NCBI GenBank assembly: GCA_009602725.1
Contig: WELB01000005.1
Span: 484,806 to 546,422 of the forward strand
Direction of reading: 5' to 3'
DNA from: Spirogloea muscicola
Taxonomy: Eukaryota
DNA length: 61,617 nt
A program made the translations under genes and the position numbers. This document shows positions 13,238-25,542 of this stretch, one piece after another (position 1 is the stretch's first letter; every line of letters begins with the position of its first letter). Under the pieces are notes generated by a model. The model was not told where the DNA came from, did not search any database, and saw only the letters and a list, made by a program, of their open reading frames with translations.

Positions 13238-13783
13238 GCATCTGCCTAGGTCGGGGCATCTCATGGCAACGCTGGACAACATTAGGGGCTCGAGTGGCTG
13301 ACCTAATTCCCATCACCACACTGTCGTGACGTCCTTTTCTGCTTGGCAAGCTGCGGCCCAACCAAAAGCATTGGCAAAATGTGTAGAAAGCAGGTGCTTG
13401 ACATGTAGTTGAAGTGCACTAGATTGTTTGACTCAAATATCTTCTGGAAGATCGAGCCCCTAGTCCAGAAGTACATTACTGTGTCAAAAGTACCACTCAT
13501 GAATCGGCCGAGTGTGCTAAAGGGGAAGCCTCCTCAATGAATGGGTTTTGCCTTTGCTTGATAAACCAGCAATTCTCGCTAAAGCCAGCAGTTCGCATTC
13601 AAGTCCTGAGAGGCCTGCTTCAGCCTCAAGCTGGTCGGCAGGGAGGATGGCTGGTTCACTTAAAGCATGCCTGCTGGCAACTACGCAAAACCCAAGTACT
13701 TGTCCTGGCACACACCATCTTCGCATGGAATTCCCACTTGCTTGCTTGCTTACTAGCGTGTGACTTGTGCCCTGGACTATTTA

Positions 13784-16644
13784 CTAATCATCTGGGGTCC
13801 TGAGTAAAATAATTTCACTTCGCCATCGCCTGTATTGATGGTGCCCCAGTCTGGATGCCTGCTGGAGGCATGGGTCGGATGCCCATGGGCGAGATGGGTT
13901 GCCAGGCGCAATGCCCGGCGTTGCTGAGGTTGCTGCCAAGTCTTTGCGTATTTTCTCCTTCAGCTTGTTCTCCTCAACTTTGGTGAAGCGGATATCGAGC
14001 TCCCTCGCCTCCTGACAAAGAGCGCAGGGTCCACTGGTGCATGCATCGCAAGTCTCAGTCATTGCAGCCAGAGGATCCGTTGCAGAGTGACGCTTATAAA
14101 TGTGCACAGCGCGTAGGTATAGCATCAGTGTAATGCAAACTGGGCAACCTATTGGTAGGTCTCAGCAACTCTTGGAGGTGAATGATCTGAAGGAGACAGC
14201 ACCGAGAAGCTGCTTGCACGCTAACTACTCAACAAGAAGTAGTGACTGTGTCATTACGATGTAGCACATTCCTGTGCACTACGATACAGAATTGTACAGG
14301 CCGTAGCTCTCCAAGGGGTGGAATCTGTTAGTCATCGATGTAGGAGGGCCAAGCAGGCAGTGCTTACCACACACAGCTTGTGCAGAAGTCGGAGAAGGGA
14401 GCTTCCTTGAGGTTGTACTTGCGGCGAAGGCGAGAGCGGTACTCGTAAGCATAACAGGGTGCTAATGTAATCACTATGGCAGCAGGGCCCAATATCCATA
14501 TGCTGACAATCTGGATGAAACCACCTAAGCAGCAATAGATGGAGCAGCTGTGCGAAATGCCATACACGAAGTTGTTCAGTAGGTCAACCATTCAGTCAAG
14601 CAAACCCATGTTTAAGTGCCAACTGATCTACAAAGTGATGTCTTTCCTGCTTATGTATGTGCTTATGCTTGTATATTCTTCATGACAAGACCTAGGTAGT
14701 CATAGATAGAGGAGTACGCTGTTGTGAAGCGGAAGCCTGATTTCCCTGCATCTGCAAGCTGATCCATCTCCTCCATAGCAGGCTTGAAGCAATTGCCTCG
14801 GGATACTATGGCCTCCCTAGCCTGCAACTCCTCCAAGTGTAGTATTGTTGCTACGTTCTCGCCAAAGAGTACACTACAGCCATACAAATTCAAGTATAAG
14901 AGAAGTTGGGCCTTACTTACTATTAAGAAGCATGCAACCTCAGCGCACTTGAAACAAGACCTCAAGTTGCTCTTCCTGACTATTAAATGCACGTATCGAT
15001 AAAGGTTGACGGCAAAGAGGAACTTTACAGTGTACCCACAAGAAAATCAGGAATTGGTCAACTATGCAATTGGTCAAGGTCAGGCTCACACAACAAGAAC
15101 TCTTATTAGGGCATACTACATTACTGAGCAAGTATAAGTATGGTCATGATTACCAAGGGCAGAAGAGGCCCTTGATACCTGCAAGAAGTAGCATAGAGTT
15201 GCTCAGCACAGAGTTTAATCTCAAGGTGGAAAGGAGCTCATACAGATCAATTATGAAGTTGTATTCAAGGCTATGCATATGCTAGAGACTAAGCATCCAT
15301 ACCCAAATGTTGCAGAAGTTGCAACATTTGAGTGAGACCTGCACTGACAAACTCAACCCTGTAAGTTGTGCTAAGAGTCGTGCAGGGAACAAGGTCTTCT
15401 TACATATGTTCTTGTCCTTGTAGAAGTCGTAAAGAGATGTATCCCATGGTTGAGGAGGGCCCTTATGAAATACCACTGTTGGGTATTGCTTGTGTATCAG
15501 TGCAATCTGCGCCTCAAGCTCTGTCACCTGAGAGTAGAACACGTGATGCTGATATCATTTTGATGCCCAAGGCCATCAGCAACAGCCAAAGCAACACTTG
15601 AAGGTGGACTCCACATACAGCAACAAGTAATGAGCCCAAGTTGTTGAGAGATTGTTTTACACCCTTGCTAGGCAATCGACAAACCGGATTAAACATATTA
15701 AGGGACAAGTCTCTGCAGGCAGGTTGGGAAAGGTCCTTAAAGTGCAAGCACCTTGGTGTCCAATACACGAATTTGCTGCTGGTAGCCCTCATTCTGGAGC
15801 CTAAGTGTTTTGACTTCTTGAAACTGATCCTGGCCCCCGGAGGCAGCAAGCAACTCTGCTTTCTGCTGTTGGAGAAGCCTAATCTCAGCCTCCAGCTCAG
15901 CTATGCGCTGGTCTTGTATCACAGAAGAAGCTGCCAGCTTGGGGTCCTGGTAACCAACATGACAGATTGTGCTGGTAAGAACAATCACGCAGACATGCCT
16001 AGCCCTGCAAGGGATGTCTGACAAACAGGGAGCTTGTGGCCATCATCATACGTAGCGACTGCGTAGGGGCTTGACAATGCTGTGACGCGTTCCTCTCATT
16101 TAGCACACGGCTTCCTTGCAATTGGCAACGGAAGCTTCGTACTTGTACAAGCATGCCGTTTGCAGTTGCAACCTTAAGCTCAACTCCGGCAGCTTAGTGC
16201 TGTATCCTGCCGTAATGATAGCTGCACTTTCTACACTTCCAGGACGAGCTTCGGAGGGAGTGGCTACAAACTGGCGCGTATGACTGGTGTTGCGGCACAG
16301 CAAACTTGCTGGTCGGCTCCACCCCTGGGCGGTGGACAAATGTGAATGCCTTGTCGATAATCAGTAACCTTTGCGATAACAACACGAGACGTTACCTCTG
16401 AGTGTATCGACGAGGGCCTTTATCTAATTTACAGGGAATGAGAGATGAAGATACAGCGAGCTTGACGACAGCCTACCACATGCGCTGTGCTGCTGGTCAA
16501 GGAAAGCGGACCTAGAGCTGCAGCTGGTTGAGAAGTAAGAGGCGCCACAGGGTAGCCCGCGGAGGGCGCCGCCTGGCTCGGGCCAGGCACTGTGGCGACG
16601 CCCGCGCCGGGCCTCGTCATCAAGCCCTCATCAGTGGCTCCCAT
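13784..16644 (-). CDS. PLAC8-family (PCR/FW2.2-like) protein with N-terminal coiled coil
   Basis: QPWDTSLYDF, FGENVA, YRSRLRRKYNL..PFSDFC, CALCQEAREL. Exact ends are uncertain. Confidence 0.8.
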
Positions 16645-17420
16645 TGCGACACACTGCCTGGGCCGGCAGCAGGCGTGGGCCTGGCCTGATGTCCACCGAG
16701 GCTAAGGCCAGAGCTCTAGAAGGCAACGCAGGCTGCCGCAGCAGGAGTGCGAGTGCGTAGGCGGGGCTGCCTCCCGTCGCGCCCGCGGATCGCTGCTGCG
16801 CTGCGGAGCAGAGCACGCAGAGGGCGCTCCGGACGAGGCCGGCGATCGGCTGCCGGGCCAGCGGCCGTCCCTCGCCGCGGCGGCCGATCCGCCAGCCGCA
16901 AGCACGCCNGCGGCGGCGGCGGCGGCGGCTGTGGTGAGCCCGATGTGCGCCGCACTTCGCGGCTAGACGCGGGGGGGTGTCACTTGGCGGGCGGGCGGGG
17001 GCTGCTTGCAGGCGTCCACCTGGCACATCGGACGGTGCACCTTGGTGCCGGTCCCGGCGCCCCCGCCCGCGCGCTGCCACGTGGTGGCCTACTGCGTGCT
17101 CCCGAAAACGGGGAGGTCTGCCGCCGTACCCGTTCTGTTGCGTGGACGTTGGCTCGGCCCGGTAACTGTGGTCAACTCCAAGTTAGCGGATGGCTCTCGA
17201 CGCCGCAGGTTCGACCGCGTCCATCAAAGGGGTCGTTTAACGCCACGGCGCTTCCGGTGGCTGTGCTTGGGTGGCATTGGTGTGGTGCCTACGGCTTTTC
17301 TAGCGAGCGGCAGTCTCTGCTGTCCCGTTTGCGAGGTGGGAGGCCCCGCGTCCCCCGCTCTCTGCCGCTCGTTCAATCACAGACAGTGGTTTCATGCTAT
17401 CTGCGCTTTCCGGCCACCGT

Positions 17421-17488
17421 CGAGACCTTGTACAATCCTCCGGGCTGGCCTCTAACAGCCAGTGCGTTACTTAAGAAACGCTGTTCTC
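17421..17488 (+). mobile_element. Solitary retrotransposon 3'UTR remnant
   Basis: GACCTTGTACAATCC..GGGCTGGCCTCTAACAGCC..CGCTGTTCT matches the shared 3' architecture. Confidence 0.55.
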
Positions 17489-18026
17489 AACGTCAATAAC
17501 CGTTATCTTTTCTCTCGTCTCATCGCCACTGTGCGGCGGCGGCTGCGGCGGCGGCGGCGGCGGCGGCGCAACAGCTCGACGCTGAGAGCTTCATTCGATT
17601 CTACGTTTGCCTAAAGGCTCCTCCTCCTTCGACTCGGCGGCGGCGGCGTCAGTCCGCGCACTCGCCCGCCTCCCGGCGCAGCGGGGGCATAGGCGGCGAA
17701 CCTCTTTGCCTGGCCGCCATTGCTAGCGCCTGACCCGCGCTGCTCGACTCCGACGGCGTCAGAAGGTAAAGCTTTCCGCTCGCTAGCGTCGCCGATAGCC
17801 GGCGGCGCTGTCATGGAGCCCTTGGCGTCAGTGGCGGCGCTCTTTGGCCATGGGCGCTTGCTGTTGTCACTGCCGTCGGGACCTGACGTCGGGAGTCGTC
17901 TCGGGGCACAGCGTAGCGGCGGCGCGGCGGCGCTCTGAGCAAGCTCGCCTCGCGCCGGCGGCCTCCTCGCGGCGATCAGAAGCGGCGCTTGCCATGGCCC
18001 CTGCGACGGCCGGCGCAGCTTGAAGG

Positions 18027-19862
18027 ATGCGCAAGCCGGGGCCAGTGCACAGCCCGCCGCCGATGGCGGCGCCGGGCGTGTACTCCATGGCGCCGCCGCT
18101 GAGCCAGCCCCCCGGCGGCCCGCACACGTTCTACCAGCCCCCAGGTCCTGCAGCGTCTCCATCTGCTGCCATCATTCACTTTCGCCAATGGCGTTTGATG
18201 TATCAGCTAAGACTTGAACCTCGACCTCAACTGCGATACCGATGGACCTCTGGCGTGGGCCCCTAGCCTATGTATATACTCACTAAACCCCTCCTAAATG
18301 ACGGCCTGTGATCATTACAGGAGGCCCGGGATCCGGCCCCAACATGGCCTTCATGTCGTTCGACCTGGGGAACACTGGTCCGTGATCCTCTCGCCCTGCC
18401 AAGTCCAGCCTGCTGCGCTAGTATAAGAGGACGCACCTCATGCGTTCACGAAACCTCAGCTCTCGGTGCCCATTTAGGTCGTCAATATGTCACGGAATTG
18501 CACACTTGAGCAGAGGTGGGTGACTGAAGCTGAGGCCCTAGCCTGCCGTGGTGGCTGTGGCAGCGAGCACGTATGCGCCTCCTCCGAGAGCTGGGCTCGG
18601 AGGCACTGGCCTTGGCAATTACTTTGACGATGAGCCACCTCTGCTGGAAGGTATCCATAATCAACTCAATATTGACCCATGTTGAGGATGTCCAGTACCT
18701 CTCTGGCTGTCAGAAGCTGGCCTCATGCATCCGCATGCCCCTGCATCTCATAGGCCGTGCCTGACGAGGGCTCGGCCGTCACCTCGTCCAGAGCTTGGGA
18801 TCAACATCCCCCTGATAGTACGGAGGGTCACCAGCATGCTCAACCCCATGCGGCTGAATGTGGAGCTCCATGAGGACGGGGACCTGTCAGGGCCTCTGCT
18901 GCTATGCATGCTCCTGGGCTTGTGCCAGCTCCTGGTACAAGAAAACATACTCCTTTGCTTGCTTGGCTAGAGAGCGAGAAATATCTATCAGCGGTTGCTG
19001 TTGGTAGCAGCGCAGCGCTACTTTAAAGTAGTATTCGGCAGCTAAATATTTGTAAACTGAAGCTCGATCAGTTCTTGTAAGCAACAGCATCCATTGATGT
19101 TCGAGAGAGGTGATTCTGGGCTTGTAAGTACTGTGTTATGATTGCTAGTAGCTCCAGGACCACATAAGCAAGTATGATTGCAGTGTAGATTGCAGGATTT
19201 TATATTGCATACGTCGACCACTGACTCATCGTAATCACGATCAGGCCGGAAAGGTCTACTTTGGAGTGGTTTTGGGGTGGAGCGCCCTGGCATCCCTCTT
19301 CCTGTACTATGTCGTCAGCATGCTGGCCGGTGCAGAGCGGGGCCTTCCCCTCTACAGATGCTGCAGCCTGTTTGGCTACTGCCTCCTCCCCCTTGTCCTC
19401 CTGGCTGCTGTCACAATCTTCCTCCCTCCTGGGTGAGGTTCTCACGCTGCCCACCATACCCCCACCGACTGAGTAGCAAGCTTCGGGCGTGCACACCAAG
19501 GTAGCAGCTTGGCTGCTCGAGTCCTGCCATGCTGGTGTTATTGTCTTCGTGATACATGCATCTCCATTGTGGAGTCCTCACGTCACTCTTGGAGATACTC
19601 AATACTAAGTGCCACTTCGTCTTGAAGCTGATGTGTCTTCACATAGTAGGATATATACTAAATAGAATTGAGGGCGATCTTGGGTACATGATGCAGGACT
19701 AGTGTGGCCCTGCTCGTAGCAGGCCTGATGGTGCTGTGGTCTGCACGGAGCTGCTCTGGCCTCTTTGTGGCCCTGCTGCCGCACATGGAGCAACACCGTC
19801 AGCTCCTTGCGTACGCTTGTGCCCTGACCTATGCTGCCTTTGCCCTCCTCATTATTTTTTAG
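18027..19862 (+). CDS. YIP1: Yip1-domain Golgi/ER membrane protein (YIPF5/7-like)
   Basis: EPPLLE/ELGINI, DGDLSGPLL, GKVYFG, SLFGYCLLPLV, RQLLAYACAL.Y..FAL..F-stop. Confidence 0.88.
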
Positions 19863-20274
19863 ATCGTACCTCATGCCCACGCCCTGTAGCGCTCACCAGA
19901 GCATTCAAGAGCAGGAGAGGATGCCACTGCCCAGCAAGATTCTGTCGCCCTGTACAGGTGCACAATGGGTTTTGTGCTGCTGTCATATTTGGCAAAATCT
20001 CCACCACATGCATCTCAATATGACAGTGCCAGATAACCAAGCTACCAAGCTTTCTCCTCGTCGTCAGTTTCTCTATCACGGCTCCGCTTCACAGGGTCAC
20101 AACAGTTGCATTGAAGTTGGCCGGCTATCCGGCCGGCTTGGTAGCAGTACAAGTGAACAAGTAATTACCATCTAAAATGTCACAGTCCTGCCACATTGTG
20201 AGCAGATACCCGTATGGACAACAAAGTTGCATACCCAGTACAAAATGCACAACTGCTGAGTGGGGCCACAGAGA

Positions 20275-21630
20275 TCAGGATGACTTCTTAGACTTGGAAG
20301 TGGCCATGTTCTGTGCCAAACTTGCCGCCACTGGAATGGCCACCATTTGCGTTGCAGCTCCTGCAAGATAGGACCAAGTCATATTGTCATGCTTTGCAGC
20401 ATCTGTTGTGCTGCCTGCGCAGCATGAGTCCTGGCACTGACCAAGTCTGTTCTAGCATCTCGTACATGATAAAGAGCACAATAAGCGAGATGACCTCTGA
20501 AGCGAGGTGTCCAACAGAGCAACACACCTATAAGGTCTTGGCCACCCTCAAGGCACGTCAAAGCAAGTCGGTTGTAGTCGCCACCCGCTTCCACAACTTT
20601 CCACTGCTCGCGCACCTGTTTCAAAGTTATGATAATCACCTTCAGCAATGGCTGCCATTAGCAGCTCTAGTTGACAATGTCAGCAGATGTCAGCTGACCT
20701 ACCAAGAGCAACTGTCTGGCACTCCAAGATCACAGAAAAGTTCAAGTATTTGGCCTTACAACATCAATGAATCCGCCGGTTATCATCGCCAAGCCTGAGA
20801 ACGTCAGAGTGGCGCTGGTGCAGATGATATACATCCAGATAAAGCTCCTCCTACTCCGCTTGATGCCTGGCAGAAGAAATGTGAAGCCAGGGTCAGCACT
20901 CTTGCAGCATCTTCCAGTATGCCTACACAAGATATGTGCAACCAAGCATAGCGGCGGTAGTGCACTGATGGCCAGCAGTGGCACCTCCACCAGCAGGTTA
21001 AGATCCTGATTAGTTCACGCGCAGCGCCCACGGCTGCTTGGTCTCGCCACCGGTGCCCCCTAGCTGCCGCTGCTTGACTGGTATAGCAGCATTCCCAGCG
21101 AGGCTTCAAGCAGTTGCAGCCGCCACTGGTCATCAGCGGCTACCTTCAGCACGTCTGAGTCTAATAGGTAGCTAGCTCACCACACATGACAGCAATTCGA
21201 GGTCTCACCGAAGGTGCCAAAGATCGATGCAGTTGCACCGGCGACAAACATGTAGAGCAGCTCGGTTGGAATAGTCTCGCCGCCTTGCACCGCGAGGATC
21301 GACCACACCCCCCTGATGAAGATGTACATCGTCTGCCGGAGAGATCAGGTCTGTCTTAGGCGCAAGGCAAGCGTACCAAGTATCTAACCCTGTGAGCGCC
21401 AGGGAAGGGTCCTCCCACCTGAACGAGCAGCAGCTTCTTGAGCTGCGACTTGTAGTACGCCACGCGCTTGTACTCTGCGGCGGCGGCGCCGGCGCCGGCG
21501 CCGGCGCCGGCGGCAAGTCAGCGAGCAGCCAGCTGCCGCAAGCAAGGCGTCCGCACTTCGGAAGCCATGGGGAGCGCCGTTAGGCGGGTCTTCGCGTCGG
21601 GCCACCGCAGCCGGCGGCGGCGGCGGCGGC
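20275..21630 (-). CDS. JAGN1: Jagunal-like ER membrane protein; 5' end near an N gap
   Basis: YKRVAYYKSQLKKLLLVQ, GIKRSRRSFIWMY, several hydrophobic helices, and C-terminal LAQNMATSKSKKSS (KKxx ER-retrieval motif). Confidence 0.7.
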
Positions 21631-21770
21631 NNNNNNNNNNNNGACGCGAGTGCCCGCCGAGCTCCAATCCCGCAGCCCGCCGCCGAATGCGCCGCCAGAC
21701 GCGGCGGCGGCGAAGGCGGCGGCGGCGGCGGCGGCGGCGGCGGCCCTGACTGCACCTCGGACGGTCCCTC

Positions 21771-21779
21771 AAACCCTAA
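21771..21779 (+). promoter_or_regulatory. Telobox (AAACCCTAA) upstream of the Jagunal-like gene; similar motifs near 25495 (ureG) and 43650 (SCYL2)
   Basis: Exact plant telobox motifs close to gene 5' ends. Confidence 0.45.
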
Positions 21780-22553
21780 TCACGCCCTAAAGCGCCAGCC
21801 CCAGTCTCTACCTCCTCAAGACCCTCGACCGCAGGTACGGCAGGATGAATATGGGCGTCTTTATTAACTTCTTATTCTTCTTCTTCTCTCTCCACACGTT
21901 CATCCTTCTCAGATTGGACGTCGTTCTTGCCATTCTTGTAGCAGTGGTCTTCTAAGTGTATGCTGTGGCCGGCCCATGTTCACCATCTATCTTGTTGGAT
22001 CCATTACCTGGTTCTCCGCCAGAGGAGTGTGCAGGAGGTCCAGGGTGGGACATGGTACGCTGAAGGGTGCGGCATCACACAATCTCTGTGGTCATTAGCA
22101 GTACAGTCTCCGCTAACTGGTGTCTCCAGATTGTCTGTCAGCAAGCCCGAGGGGACGGCAAGAGTGGCCAATGTTGTGGAAGGCCAGACTGTGCGAAGCT
22201 AACTTGATTCGACTGCCCCTGGAAGATGCGCACTGAAGCGGAACAGCTGCCCCCCGTAATGGACTTGCAGCGAGTTAAATTGCATCCCCAAGACGGACGT
22301 CGATTACCCTTCAAGTCGTCCTCACATGGTGACGCAACTGCAGTCAAGTTCGTGCTGCACCATCAGAAGCTTGCTGCTGGTTCACCTGCTGCGAAGCACG
22401 TAGGCAGTGATAGCTCCAGGCCACGCGCGGATCATGGAAGACAGGAGCAGAGGAAGGCTATATGACCTGAACCCGAGATAACAAAAGCTCCAGTGTCGCC
22501 TCAAGCAAAATCAGAGAATGTTCTCTGTAAAGGCAACTGGCGAGGCGGTGGGC

Positions 22554-25180
22554 TTAGTACTCGGAGGCTCCGCCTGCTGGGTATGGGACTACGAGCTCCT
22601 GCAGCGGCGCCGCCTCAGCAACGTCCGCAGTGGAGCCATCGGGCCACGTGACACGGATGGCAATGCCTCGGCCGGCGAGGTGCGTCGGCGAACCAAGGCC
22701 AAAGTGCGCCACCGGCTCCATGCAGCACAAATACCCGCTCCCACCATCCACGACACGGCGCTGCTGCCGCGGCACTTCGCCGCCCGACAGGTCCCACCAG
22801 CCTGCGCCATAGCGGAGCTCCACGACGGCTCCCCTTGCTGGCGCCCCGTGCTGGGTCAGCGGCCGCACGCGGATCCAGTCGTGCCCATAAGCTGCCATGG
22901 CCGCCTTGTACAACGTAAGGGGCTGCTCCCCGGACTCGCCGTGAGAGATGAGGAGCTCCAGCACGCCGTCGCCGTCGACGTCCGCGACCGACGCGCCCGT
23001 GCCCAGGCCCCCTGGCTCTACTGCGGCGCCAGCATTGCACGGCTGCCAATTGCTCGCCTGCCCCTGGCAAAAAAGGCGGTTCGGCTCGCCTGCAGCACCA
23101 CAGGTCCACACGATGTAGTAACACAAGTCAACAGTACTTCACACAATATTACTTGTCAACCTGAACAAATTACACCAACCCCCCACCAATGCAATTGATG
23201 TAAGTGCAAGTATGCATAAGATTGGCCACAAAGAGCAGTAGTGAGGGTATGGCACCAATATTGTTGAAGAAGAGCTCCTCGTGGCCGTCATTGTCAAAGT
23301 CTGCTGCGACAAGCGTTCGCACGCGGCTTGGCGCAGTCATCGTCGCCGGCGCCTGATCCTCAAAGAGCGGGGCAGCCACACTGGCGCTCCCCTTGTTGTC
23401 GCACGACCTCGCGGGCTCCTCGCTGCTGCGCTCGCACTCCTGCTCGCCAGCACCCCTCGCAAACAGGCGGTGCGGACCTTCCCAGTTGCCGCAGGCCAGC
23501 GCCGGGCCGTCGGAAGCTGGCCCACCGTCAAGCAGCACCACGCCCCGTGCGTGCTGGTAGGGGTCATCGAGACCGTGCGCCTCTGCTGCCTCCTCAAACT
23601 GCCCATCGCCCCTGCACAAATAATGGATCTCTGGGAAAGTTAAGTTAGGTGCAAGCCTGAGTCGTCCTGAACGAGAAATATCTCAGATCTTAAATAAGAA
23701 ATTTTATAATTGGTCCAGAATCATTGATCCTGATGATTGGCCGGGAGTTTGGATAGGATGGGAGGGGTCACATTCAGCGGCACTCACTTGTTGACGAAGA
23801 GGTAGTTGGGGCCCCCCTCGTTGCCGGCAAATATGTCAGGCAGCGGCGGGCGGTTGGAGGTGACACCACCAGCTAGCGGCCCCACAGCGCACGAACGTCC
23901 GCCAGTAACTGCAGCATCAATGCCAGCCGCCATTGCCACGTCTAGCACGAGCAGGGCATCCTTAAGGTCGTCCTCGCCGTTGTCATCTCCAACATTGGTG
24001 AGTCCATCCGCCTCGCCGGCGACCGAGTCAGCTCTGAATTCAGGACTGTCGTCTGGCTTAGTGTCGACCACGCGCTCCGGCGCCTCATACAGCCGCAGCG
24101 GGCACCCGTAGTTGGCAACGAAGAAGCCGTACCGGCCAGTTCCATTGCGGTCAACGGCGCAAACCGAGCGACCTGCGCAGTGGTTGGCACTGGCCCTGCT
24201 CCCAACAGCAGTCATTATAGGTATGCTCAGAAGGTGTCAAAGATATGGTCCATCAAATTACTGTCAATTTTGAGTATGGACATGTAGTGTTAAGGTAGTA
24301 GGCCAACTTATGGCCTGCAACTTAGAGTGTAGGCTTAGAGGAAGCAGCGAGCAGCGAGAATGGTGGGATGCTCCAGGCTGACCTGTTTTGGGGGAGGGAG
24401 AGGACGTCGGACCACCCGCGGAAGCCACGGCGAAAGAGCCGATCGCCATGCCGCTTGCGACCACCAAAAGTGTCTGTGTTCAGCACATACAGCTGCGCAA
24501 GATTGCACCCAGTTCGACGTTCTGAGCAAGGGCACCCTTATACTGTCACCGTGCTGAGGCCTTCAAAGTAGCAAGGACGCACTAGTGCAATGGAGCAGGT
24601 ACTTGGCGAGCTTTGAAAAATCTCACGATCAGAGTATCAGAAGTAGGCTGCAGGCTAGAGTCTGACTTTCAGGTCTGGGGTTGTGCCTACCTCCTCCTCA
24701 CCGTCGCCGTCGACGTCCCCGGCCGCGATGCCGATGGCCATGCGCCCCTCGTCCGCGAGCGCAGGGCCGGCGACGTCGACCAGGCCCTCCTTGCCGGCGG
24801 CCCACTTGAGGACAAGGTTGGGTCCGCCAAAGCCGCATACGAAAAACTCACTGGCAGGACCAGCGCCCACTCACTTGGCCGTTAGCATAGTGCCCTGGCT
24901 ACTATACCTCCGAGCTTGTCGAGTGCCGCCGCTCGACATTGAAGTTGATTTGTGGTCAAATTTGATGGGCTCACCTCAGGCCATCGCCGTCAATGTCGGT
25001 CGCGCAAGCGCCGTAGCGCAGAGCGGGTGGGTTTGCCAGGATCAGGTCCGACACGTCCTCGAACATGGGAGGCCTGGCGTCGTCTGCGGTCTCCACCGTG
25101 GCCGCAGCCGCGAGGGCGGCCGCCGCGCAGGCCCAGAAAGCTGCCGCCCCAGGAGCACGGACGCCCGTAGTGCCGCGCAT
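22554..25180 (-). CDS. CRTAC1-like secreted FG-GAP/ASPIC-UnbV protein
   Basis: Signal peptide, YGACATDIDGDG, AIGIAAGDVDGDGEEE, GRSVCAVDRNGTGRYG, ADFDNDGHEELFFNNIG, DGGSGYLCCMEPVAHFGLG. Confidence 0.88.
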
Positions 25181-25542
25181 GGTGCCGGCGGCGCAATCAG
25201 ATGGGGAATCTGAGCGCCGCAACTCGCTCGTTGGCGGACACGATGGCTGGACAGCGCACCCCGCGACGTCTTGCCGCGCAATGGAGCACCGAGAAGAAGC
25301 AGCAGCTCTGCCAACGTCAAGCTATGGCCGTGAGATGCCAGCCCAAAGGACTGTATGAGGGGATTGCATCAAATGTTGTGATCGGAAATTTCAGTCGGAC
25401 TGTTACAAGCAAGGCATGTGGGTGCGTTACCTCGGGTTTTGGAGAGTCGGAGTGAATTTGTTGGGCGAGCAGGGTTTAAGAACCTCCAAGGAGTTTAGGG
25501 TTCCCTAGGGTTCTGTGTAGAGCGGCCTGCCAGCGCCCGGCC

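Noticed and set aside
21845..21955. 36-aa hydrophobic small ORF after a telobox
   Set aside because: No recognisable family, and it is largely explained by a TTC-rich tract.
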